Shown: piece by piece, positions 11,554 through 23,500 of the stretch
Numbering within the stretch: position 1 is the stretch's first letter
Layout of the letters: each line of letters begins with the position of its first letter
NCBI GenBank assembly: GCA_040954595.2
Contig: CM082596.2
Location: 5,158,791-5,222,790, forward strand
DNA from: Balanoglossus misakiensis
Taxonomy: Eukaryota > Animalia > Hemichordata
Reading direction: 5' to 3'
DNA: 64,000 bases
Translations under genes and position numbers: made by a program
The notes under the pieces: model-generated
What the model was told of the DNA's origin: nothing
Database searches by the model: none
Seen by the model: only the letters and a program-made list of their open reading frames with translations

Positions 11554-14500
11554 ATGGCTGAACTGTACGATCCAGCTTGTCCTACCGAGTAAGTATCTTT
11601 TTGGAGAAATCGCTTCACAGAAATGTCAACTTGGCATGGCGTTGTTTATATCACAAGCGGAAATGTCCATTTCTACTACACTACGTTATTTGATACACAC
11701 GTGTACGACGCGTAATTAGACACAATACTATGAATGTACTATCATCAGATCGTGTGTGTGTATTCCGGAAAACACAAGACATTGCTTTCGTCAAATCAGA
11801 ATGGGCTGTTGTGCTAGTAGTCATGATGTGAGACCCTACAAGCTACGCCTTGTCGTCTAAAGGTAGCCCATTCTACACTGATGGAAATCAATTGTCTTGT
11901 GTTTTTAAACGCTTCACTCACTATAAAACACATCTCGAATTAAATGGTACTACGGCCTTTTAATGAACCATGGAGATATTGTTAGTTAGGGGGGAAAGGG
12001 AAAATGAATTCGACCGAAATACACCATGAATTCTCCGAAAATCCTGAAAATACATCACACTGTATGCACCAACGTAAACAATGACTGTCAAAATCGGCAC
12101 ATTTGTTGTGAATCAAATGTAAGATTTCATTTATGATATAATCGCCGGTGAAATCGACTAGTATTTCGACACCGGGGCCGGCCGGTGTCTATGTTTAGTA
12201 TTGTAAATTTCTAGCGCGTATACTTTTGCTACATTGTTGCAATGAACACGATTGGTAACATTTCAGATGACCCGGATATGGTAAACTATTTGGTGTTTCT
12301 CAATTAGTGAACTGTTGGTTGGGAAATCGGACGAGATGACGTCAAAAATTCTGATTCTTTGCTATTTATAATCATGAACTCGATCGGAAAATTTACTACG
12401 ATTACCCCGTGTGCGTCACGAGAAAATTGAAGTATGGATGCAGACAGGAAAATGACCTATTTAATATGAATCTGATGTACAGGCAAGCTACGATTGACCC
12501 ATCAAAGGCATTGGTAAGTCTGCATTTAAAAACAGCACATGTACACGACACGATGAGATATATCTTCCAACAAACATCTCATCGAACATGGAATTAATTA
12601 TTTGCTTTCCTCCGCCGATCGCGATCTATGTGTACTTGCGGTCAGATTTCACCAGTGACATTTGGTTCCCACACACGGTGCACTTTGCCGTGAGAGCATT
12701 GACATCATGCACAGATCGACGCAAAATTAACGTTTTTATACCATGCAAAATCTCACACGCATATGCTGGAACGATAGATACAGATTCTCTAAGATGAAAG
12801 TTTGAGTGTTTTCCGTAAATATCTGGGACAACTTCGAGGGAAGCGCGTCGAGCTAAGCTTTGTCCACGAGCAGGAAGAACGGTGTGGCATGGTGTATTCA
12901 AGATGGCCGCCAAAAAGTCAAGATGCATAATGCTCAAACAATTATCCCCACCGTCGTCAGCGTTATTAGCGGCCTGATCGTTCCGATCGCCGTCGGAATC
13001 TACTAAATTGAAGCACATTCACACCATTTACTGCACAGTATTAAACATGTTTGGAATGAACCCGCATTGGGGTTGATTTCGGCGACGAGGCGTCGCGTGT
13101 CCCTTTCGTCATTCGTTTCAGAGAAATCCAACATGGCTGCCCACGATATTGTGTGCACAGCAGTTTAAATGACACCCCAACCCTCGTCGGCTATAATTAA
13201 AGTGACGCAGATTTCCCGACAAAATTAACTAAGGTTGACGTTGCCTAATCTGTAGGCCGACTCGCACACCACAAATTCAATTCGCGATCGCGAAGAATTT
13301 GAGCGAAAATGAGCGCAAGGCAGAGATTTGGTGGATTTCAGAAATATTCAAAATGGCGTTTCTGGTTCTCGTCTGATTGACGCCGCTTCTCGTCTGTCGA
13401 CCGGTTTGTTTGTGATCGGGAAAGGCCCAGATGGCCCGGAGTGAATCCGCCGAGGCGTGGGGCCTCGTCCGGTTGCCGTTAGTAACCCAACGGCAAATAT
13501 TTTTGTGTTTATTGTGGTCTGGACGTGGCAAGTTTTTTGGGTCTACTCAACGATATCAAGGTCATGGTCACGTGGTGTCTCCACACAGAGGCTGTGGTGC
13601 ACATGTCTGATAGTGCAACAGCAGGCTTTGTCGTATCACAAATCTTTCAGGGCCACAGCTGATGCAGATCAATGTACTGCCAAGTGTCGAATTTGTTCAC
13701 CAGTTTGACAGAAAGCACTTTCAGACAGTTTTCGACTCCGACAAGTTTCCGTGCAGAAGCACAGGCACATTCAACAGAGCTGTCAAAATACGTGATCAAT
13801 TATGCATGCTGGGAAGGAGGGCAGTTACCGCCATTGTGAACTGAACTGCTTCTCGATTTCCATTCAGCTCGCTTTACTATGTATCTCATCATCGCCTGAA
13901 GTCTGAATTCTTATTTTGAGTGTAATTATTAAATAAAGCTTCCTAGAACTGGTAGAAATGTAATCTCTCTATACAGACGCTGTTGTGTAATTAGTGGGAA
14001 TGTTTGCTAACGTGATGCTGAAAATCACTGTGGGCAGTCTTGCCCCAATATTCTGTCATTCTATCTGACTGGTTTGATGTGAAATATACACCAGCTATAA
14101 TAAGGGACACATTATAGTACTGGTTAGGATTGCCCGTTGAAAGTAGTTACAGTCAAACCTCTCTATAGTGGCCAGTCAAGGGACTTTCCTTAACTAGCCT
14201 TTATAGAGAGGTGACCTTTATATAGCGGTTAATTAACAGACATGTGAATTGCACAGGGACTGTAACAAAGTGACCACTGTGTAGAGGCGACCGCTATATA
14301 GAGAAAAAATCTCCATTTCTACGTAGTAGCCAAAATGATAAGAAGCAAAGACAAAACCTTACCCTCAGTCATCCTTTCCATTGTTAGACGCGCTGTCCTC
14401 TGTAATATGTATCCCATGTAGTAAGTTGCAACGCACTGTTGAGTCGCTTAGCTTTCAAACGTGTTCCTCTGCAAGGCGGCCAAATTGAAGCCTGTAATCA

Positions 14501-17500
14501 ACAAAATGGTCACATTAGCCATTTCCATGACCACCACATTTTGACATCACAACCTGGTAATTTAAAGTTTAATTCTTGTCCACATTGCTTTCATCTGCCA
14601 TTAAACCCCCTGTTTTCTTTTTTTTTCTCTTTCCATGTTCTGTCTGTCTCTGGTACATTTGTCTCCGGTATTTGCATTTTGCTATCTTCAACTTTGACCC
14701 CTTCAAGAGAAGATAGTGAGGTGGGTACCCTTTATGACATGTGCTTACTCTCTCTGTTGTGTATTAATTAATTAACCCTGTCTTTATAAAAAAAAATTGC
14801 ATGTGTACAAGTACTGCAGTGTTCAAGTACTGCAGTGTCCTCCCCGAGTTCGGAAAAAGTGGGTGGTTAATTTGCATAATGCTTTGACTGCTGTCAACTT
14901 AATATGTTAATGAATAAAGCTTATTTTGAAACCTGAAACTTGCCATTATCATCATTGCAGTCCTGTATAATTTGTAACGAAATAAATACAGGCACTGCAT
15001 AGCTAAAGTATAAATGAGGCTGACAACAGTTCAATGACTTCCAGCTGTATTTTTTTCTGTCCTAACTGAAACAAATCTGTTACTTTACAGGAAGAAGTCT
15101 TGGGTAGTTCTGGAGGTGGCATAGTGGAAGAGAAGGAAAGCTCACCGACAGAACTTGACAAGACTGCCGACTCCAGTATGTCAGAGGCGACAGATGGAGG
15201 GAGTGTCGGTTGCCACGGAGACAGCGGCGTGGATGAGGGCGGTGTTCTGGGGGATAAAGATGTTGGAATCAGTGTGTTTTCGGACAGCTGTCAGAGAGCA
15301 GGTGAACCGTTGATTGCAACGACAAAACTCGAAAAGGGTGGTGGTGACCTCGTTGTCGCGGAAACTGTGAAGTCTGATGATGCGGAAATCACTGGAGGAT
15401 CATCTGTGTGTGTTGATGCCAGTACGGGGAACAGTGAAGTTCGGAGTGGCGAAATGCAAGACGGGGCAGTCGATCAGCCGACAGAAAACAAAACAGATCG
15501 ACAATCTCCTGCGCAAACAACCAAGGAGGAAGGCAACAATATGAAAGAACCTGAAGCTATCGTGACGCAGTCAAATGCAAATGAAAAACCTCATGAAATC
15601 AGGACCTCCAAATGGACAGACGTGAGCGTGAGCAAAGATAAGGTCAAAGAGCAAATAGGTGACGACGCGAAAGGTCTGAACTCGGGTCGACCGATAAGCT
15701 TTGCCGCCAACAACGAGCCGAAAATTGGCCACTCTTTTCGATTTTTTGTCAGGAGCAGAGGCAAATTTAGAAAGATCGCTTACCCGAATACGAATTTTGC
15801 GGAGGACGATTTCTGCGATAACTTCGTCAGCACGCCACCTCCCTTGACGTTTGCGAAACGCCCTGAGAGATCGAAAGACGATATGCAGACCAATGTGCCT
15901 GACACGTCAAAGACTGAAAGCGAACTGAAATCCGAGGCATGTGGGAAGAACCTGACTGGGGGTGAAACGAAGGAAACGATAGAACGTATTCCGGATGAAA
16001 AGATGGAAACAGAAGAGCAGGCGCCGGAAGAAAAAATAGAAACAAGAGAAAGTACGGCGGATGAAAAGATGGAAACTGAAGAACAATTTCCGGATGAAAC
16101 GATGGAACTTGAAGATCGTACTCCAGATGAAAAGATGGAAACAACAGAGCGTACAGAGAAAACTGAAGATGAGAGCACCGCAGTTGGTAAAGATGCAGGC
16201 GTATGTACCTCAGGGGACGAGGAAGTGGCGCCTGCAGGTCTCGGCAAATTGGGGGCAACGTGTGACAGTGCTTCATCCGACGAAGCATCTGGTGTCCAGA
16301 ACAGTGACGCTTCAGGCCCAGAAATACAAGAGGAGCCAGCGCAGGATATGAGAACTATTGAAGCTGAACAAAGCAGTGACACACAGGGTATAGTTGAGAA
16401 GGACATCCAGCAATATACTCCAATGCCAGAGAGTTTAACCGTTGAGAACGCAGACTGGCGCGAACAAGTCCAAGCCAAAACTGAAAATCCCGAGCAAACG
16501 CCACTGAAAACCGTTGAGAACGCAGTTTGGTGCGAAAAAGTCCAAGCCAAAACTGAAATTCTCGAGCAAACGCCACTGAAAACTGTTGAGAACGCAGGCT
16601 GGTGCGAAAAAGTCCAAGCCAAAACTGAAATTCCCCAGCAAACACCACAGAAAAACGAGAAGTCTTCTGTGCGGGTAGAATACGTTTTCAAAGTGAAACC
16701 CAAAACTGAAATCAGCGATTCCGATCAATCGCAAAAGCCACTTCTGCTCGAGGGAATGAATGTCGACATATCTTGTCTGCGCTTCAGAGACAGCAGCGCT
16801 CAGAGCACGGCAGAACACATGCCTTGTCCGTCGACATGTCAGACGATGGGGGAAACTCACAGACTTGAGGAAAGCGTAACTTCCCTGTCGTCTGGGATCC
16901 ACGACGCGGCGGGGGGAGCACATTCTGAACCAGACGCTGCGAGAGAGCTCTTCCAAGAGTCCCTACCCACTATGCAGTCCAGGACCGATATCTCTGTGTG
17001 CGAGGAGGCCGCGGCCGAATCCGACTTCACCGCAGAGATTCAGACTGCTCACTCCACCTGCTCCCCGACCTCGGAGTCCATGCAAACTCAGGAAACGCTC
17101 TGCGAGGCGCAGTCCGAGCAGCAGGCGACGCGCAGCGACTCGGCGGACTCTGTCGGCCGAGCGGACACACCAAAGAGTACAAAGAAAAGCAGCAAGAGGA
17201 GCCGGGCGAAAAGCGAAACAAAGACGAAACTTTCGAGCGATGATTACGCGGAGGAGGACCGGAGTCGCAGACGGCGAAGTCGGCGGTTGAAGTCAATTGA
17301 GGAGAAACGGGAACAAGAACGGGAGAAGGAAAGAGAGGTGAAGGAGAAGGAGAAAGAAGAGAGGGAGAGAGAAGTGGCGGAGGGCATCAAGAAAGAAGAT
17401 ATTGAAGCGAAGTGCGAGGATGAAGAATCTCGAAAACTGGACGACGTTGAAGCGATGGATGCTGAAGTCTCGTTTGCTGGTGTGAAAGCAGAGGCGGAAA

Positions 17501-20500
17501 CCGAGGTCACCATCAAAGAAGAGCAGAGTGAATGTGTCACCACGACGACGTCCAGTGTTGATGACAACTTGGCAATACCAACAGAGGTCAAATGCGAAGA
17601 GGAGGATCTTGAGAAGAAATATGCTGAGGTTGCAAAGAATGATATCAAAGAGCAGACGGATGGAGACATCGGTGTAACCATGGGAACTCGGGATGCTGAG
17701 CTCGATGCTGCTGCGGAAGAAGAGAAATCAGGGATAATCCAGCCAGCTCCAAGGTCGCCAGGGACACGTGAACTCAAACCAGATCCATATGAGGGTATTG
17801 CTGAAAATATCTATCTTACTGAGAGGTACGTTTTGAAATTCAGAAATGCATGCATAAGTTGTGGGGCTTTTGTTACTACATGTACCAAGACTTTTGGGTA
17901 TAGTGTTTTAAAAAGTTTTACCACTTAAATTTCAAAAGGCCCTGTAGATTGATTTTCGTTGTTGTTTTTCCCCCCTTATTTAGGAAAAAATCTAAAGCAA
18001 GAAAAGAAATCAAGAGAATGCAGTGTGAATGTACTACATCGTTGGACGAACGAGAAGGCGGGATTGCTGCCTGTGGTGACGATTGCCTAAACAGGCTTCT
18101 CATGATAGAGTGGTGAGTTTGGTATTGTGTGTATGGAGATAAAAGGATGTATGGCCAGTGCAGTATATGGTAGGGAGGCCAAAGGCTGGTGAAAACATAT
18201 GGCTGTTAGTAAATGATGACTGTTTTGCTAGGAATGAGGCACATTTGAATGACAGCACAGTCAATAGAGCAAATCATTTCTGTATGATTGTAATGACAGG
18301 CATGAAATGTGAGGTTTGTTCATAATATAGTTGTATTTCTTTTTCACCAGTACTTCAAGGTGTCCTTGTGGAGAACATTGCACCAATAGGAGATTTCAAA
18401 GGGTATGTATTGTGCTTTCTTGACACATAGTTAGGGTTTGCACATAGGCTGCAGTCTGCAATGTACCACAGCCTAGATAGAAACTCCAGGGTGGATCAAA
18501 ATGCGAGTTATAAGAGAAGGCAAAAATCACATCACAGTGGTAAAGTATTTAGCCATGTTTTGAAATAAGAAAAACAATTATTACTGATGAATTCTTCTAC
18601 CATTATTTAGAAACTGAAATCACCATGCTGTGTGTCTGTAGCATGTTGATCCATTTTCTGTAACGTCTACTCTATTATTGCGATAGTAATGATATAGTCA
18701 TCTTGTCTTTCAACCTTTTTCATCTTTTTCCTGTCACGCACAGAGAGAGTACCCAAATCTGGAAATCTTTGAAACAGACTGGAAGGGCTTTGGTCTCCGG
18801 ACAGTGGAGGACATTCCAGAGTAAGTGGCTTTTTTGAACAGAAGGCATTTCAGTGGCTTGGGTATTTGACTTGAACCCTTTCACCGCCATGGTTTGGTCC
18901 AAATCCACTGTTTTCTATAATAAAGTGGAACCTCTGAAGAGGGAACCGGGGGTGGAAGGGTTAACATGGTCTTCCTTTCTTATACTTATACACACGGTGT
19001 GGTCTTTATTGCGTTGCAGGAATCACTTTGTGCTGGAGTACGTGGGGGAAGTTCTCAACTACCAGGAATTCAAAGCCAGGACCAAACAGTACAACAAAGA
19101 GAACAGAAAACACCACTACTTCATGGCCTTGACCAGCGATGAAGTGAGTTCAAGAGTTTGTTACTCGTTTTGGGCACTTGACCTTTAACCTTACTTCAAG
19201 TTATATGAACAGGATTGTTCATAATTTCCACCCCAAAGATGCATTGTTAACCTTTGTTTCTTGACAGATCATTGATGCCACCAAGAAGGGCAATGTGTCG
19301 CGGTTTATCAACCACAGCTGTGACCCCAACTGTGAAACACAGAAGGTGAGAGAGACATCATGTGATCAACTGGTGTTCCTTAAGGCTAGGTTTTCAGATT
19401 AGACAGGGTGCAGATTAGATGGGTTTCATTGTACTTCCCAAACTACAAAGTAATCATCAATTATCAGTAAAACATTCTCAGCATTAACATGTTATATATA
19501 CACTGTATGATTGAAAATGTCAATTGAGAAGTGTTCAATTTCATACCAATGAATGTATCCGGTTAAATCAAATAGTTTTGTATTTTCTACCTGACAGTGG
19601 ACAGTGAATGGTCAGATCAGAGTTGGTTTCTTCACAAAACGAGCAATCCCTGCTTCCGAGGAACTCACGTTTGACTATCAGTTTGAACGCTATGGGTAAG
19701 CTCTCAAGACTATACGATTTATTTTTTGAAAAATAAATCTTTTTTAAAGAAACACTGTGAGTGAACCTGTTTCATTGTGTCATCACAGCCTTACCAATAA
19801 TTATCACTTTATATGTGCAAAATAAAATTCACATTGCTTGACTGCATTCACTGATTTCTTGCACGACAGCAAAGAGGCCCAGAAGTGTTTTTGTGGTGCT
19901 GGCAACTGCAGGGGATTCCTGGGCGGCAACAAGACCACGCCTCTACGCTCATCTCAGGGCAAGAAACGCAAGCTGGACAAGAAGAAGAAGGAGGACTTCG
20001 AAGACCAGTCTGTAAGTGTTTTTTAGATTAATGGGCGATGATCATCTTGTGCGCATGCGCCAATTATTAAACATTTCGTCAAAAGACGTGGACTGTCAAA
20101 GCTTTGATGAGGAACACCATTGTCTTTCAAAATTCACACTCAATGGAAAATATGTGCTGAAATTTTGATCGTACGATTTTGTTGTTTGCTAGCTGGATGA
20201 AGAGATAGAGAGGATGTCGTTTGATTTGGATGGAGACGGTTTGAAAGATAAAGACCAGACCCTCAACCTGTCCCGTCTGATGGTCAGAGCAGAAACTACC
20301 GCACAGAGAAAGCTACTTTTGAAAATTCTCCAGGTAAAGAATAATTTATGAATAAAAGTTACTATCATATCAAGAGACAATATTTGTTTGTAATCTGTTA
20401 ATGACAATCAACATTTCTCCTTTTACTGGAAACAGGAAACCACAAACGTGAACCAAAGCTGCCTGAAACATTTCCTAAGTTACCATGGTTTGCGGTTGAT

Positions 20501-23500
20501 ATGGAGCTGGATGGTGGACGTAAGCAGTAACTCACAAGAGATGAAATCACAGGTAAACACCAGTGTGTTACTCTGGGAATGGTGGGTTGGGGGTGAAGCA
20601 GATATGCGTGTATCTGGTAGTCCAGTTGCCTCCATCAGGTCACTGTGGTACAGCAGCCATTGTCTAGTGGTCGAATATTGAATGAATGGCCCAAGAACTT
20701 GATCTGGTAGCCCAATGACCTGTCTTAGCTGGAGAAATGAACCAAGTCTCATGAGATCTCGCAATGAACAGAAATTCATCTGTTGTGCATTTCTTGCAGA
20801 TTCTGTTGACCCTGCAACATCTGCCGATTCCGAACAAGACCATCCTGGAGGAGAGCCGAGTGATGTCGGTCGTGGAAACGTGGGCCAAGCAGGAGGCCCT
20901 GAGGGTGGCCAAGCTGGAGGCGGACGCCGAGTATTCCAGCACGGGGGAGACGCCCTCCCGGTCGGCCACGCCCATGACGGTGCAGTCCTCGCAGTACATG
21001 AGTCCGCTCCACGCGGGGAAGTATCCGGAGAGCGAGAAGAACTCGGGAAGCGAGATGGAGTTCGAGGCGACGCCCAAGAGGAAAGCGCCGCTCCGGAAAC
21101 TCCAGATGCTGAACGAGAACAGCACGGAGGAGGAGAACGAACGGAAGCGGAGCATCATCGCGGCGCTCTCCGGCGAGAACTCGCAGGACAGCGTCTCGTC
21201 TTACAAAAGCGACATTTCGGAAAATGGCAAGAAGCCAGACGTCGCGGAGATGCTTGGAGACGATCTCGAAAGCGGTGGTAAGGCAGAGCCGGCTGACGTT
21301 GTCAGTGAGGGCGCGTCACAGACAGAAGTAAACCCTGATGCTGAAACGATAGAATCTGGCGATGCGGAAAACACAGAAGGGAAGGATGAAACCAAAGAGG
21401 TTATTGAAACTGTGTACAGCGTGACTGTCAATGGCACTGATGTGCAAAGTGAAGCGCAAAGCGAGGGCCAAGACTCCAACGCTGCCCAGGGATCATCGCT
21501 GAACCTGATCGAAGGAAGCCTCGACGAGGTCTCTCAGGGGAGTCTTCTTGTGGAAGAGCTCACCGAGAAAGACCAGCCGGCCATGGAAGAAGACAAGCTT
21601 CTGCTGTCTAATGGTGGCGAATCCCAAAGCAAATCAAAGAAAGGATCCAATTCAGATTCAGACTCTACAGAGGAGAATAAGGACAAGTGCAAGGGGCCAA
21701 CTGTTGCGGACATGGCTAAAGGACTCTTGGAAGACTGGAGTACATTAAAGGTCAGTGATTAACTCGAGGCTTAGACAAAGAGTATTGTTTTCTGTCTGTG
21801 CATGTGCCCAAGTCAATGAAATGTGTGTCTGTAAACATTCTGAGGCCAACCTATACAAGTGCACATACAATGTTGAGTTTTCTCGTGTGGTCTGGTGCAA
21901 TTTTTGCGTACACACTGAGATACCAACATTTGTGTCTTTTTTTGTTTTTCACTCTGACAGGAAATCTTCCGCATTCCAAAGAAGGAGCGATCGGAGAAGA
22001 AGGACTCTGACACCGAATCGGACAATCGCAGCAGAGACAGGGGCCGAGACCGGGAGAGTTACCGGGAGAGAGAATCTGACAGAGACAGAGAGCGGGATAG
22101 GGATAGAGACAGAGACAGGTACAGAGATAGGGACAGGGACAGGGACTCGTACCGTGACAGAGATAGTCACAGAGATAGTTACAGAGACAGAGATAGCTAT
22201 AGGGACCGGGACAGTTACCGAGACAGGGATGGATACAGGGACCGGGATAGTCACAGGGACCGTGACAGATATAGAGACAGAGACCGTGACAGGTACGACG
22301 ACAGGCACTCCAGGAGGAGATCTCGCAGTCCGTCCAGCTACAGCCAGTACGACGACCGGGGAAAATACCACGGCGATTCCGACCGGCATTCCTCGGAATA
22401 CTCCACGCCGCCAAAGTTGCGGAAACCCTGGAAGGGCAAGGCGGAGAAGCAGGAGCCGAAGAAGAAGATGAGCAAGGAGGAGAGGCGGCACATGTTCGAG
22501 AGGAAGTTCGAGCAGAGGCAGCAGGAGGAGGAGATGCAGAAGGCCAAGGAGCAGTTCTACAACAGTCAGTTGTCGTTCGCCGACTCCATGCAGCAACAGC
22601 AACAGCAGCACGAGTTTCACGCCCCCGATCCCAACGTGTTCCCCAGCCCCATGCAGCCCCCTCCGGTGGCCATGCAGCCCCCTCAGATCCCGATGCAGGG
22701 GGTGGGCATGGAGCCAGAGGTGGACTCGAATCCCGCGCTTCCTCCTCCTCCCCACTCCCAGGGGCAGATGATGCCGGTGGATCCGGGAATGCTGCCGGTG
22801 CCGCCGGGGTCGGTCCCGATGATGGAGGTGGACACGCCACCGCCCATGCAGCAGATGATGCCCCACGACGTGATGGAGAGCCCCGCCCAGCGAGGGGGTC
22901 ACCCGCCGTCTCTGCTGGAGATCGACCCGAACAAGGTGGTCCACCCGGACGCCCTGGCCCAGGACGGCACCCTTCCACTGGCCATGGCGGACCCCAACCT
23001 GGGCATGCAAGCACAAGCACCGGTGCTCGCGTCGGACTTATCCCAAGGATGGGAGCCATCGCCGCAGCAGCTCCCACCTCCCCCGCTGCAACCCCAATCG
23101 CAGCCGCAATACGACGTGGCGTCTGAGGAGCAGCAGTACACCGCCAGTGGAGTGCCAGTGTACCCCCAAGCTCCCCAGCAGTCGCTGCCCCCACAGGCCA
23201 GTCAACAATCTTTGCCCCCACCGCCTACTTCGCACGGCCAGCCACAGACCCAGCCCCAGCAAGCAAGCAGCTATGTGGTACAGCAGACGTATATGCCACA
23301 GTCGCCTATGGTTCACCAGGTAGGCATTTTGCTATACCATTCCACAACAGAGACCAGTGATGCACAAGTGAAAAAATTCTAAAATAATTCTCACAAAATT
23401 GACAAAATTCATATTTTCTTTTTTTAGGGTTTTGTACAGCCTGCATCGTTGCCGGGTCAAACTACGACCTTTGTGACAGCGGACGGAATGGTAGTCCAGC

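Noticed and set aside
11820-11885. C/D-box snoRNA in the SETD2 intron 1 hairpin loop
   Set aside because: The C box is imperfect (ATGATGT) and the CTGA lies inside the stem arm; not supportable without an Rfam search.
15780-17777. Antisense ORFs over SETD2 exon 3
   Set aside because: Shadow ORFs of a low-complexity acidic exon.
21755-23221. 238-aa plus-strand and 456-aa/355-aa minus-strand ORFs
   Set aside because: Alternative frames of the RD repeat and Pro/Gln-rich SETD2 exon; the true frame starts at acceptor 21961 (EIFRIPKK).
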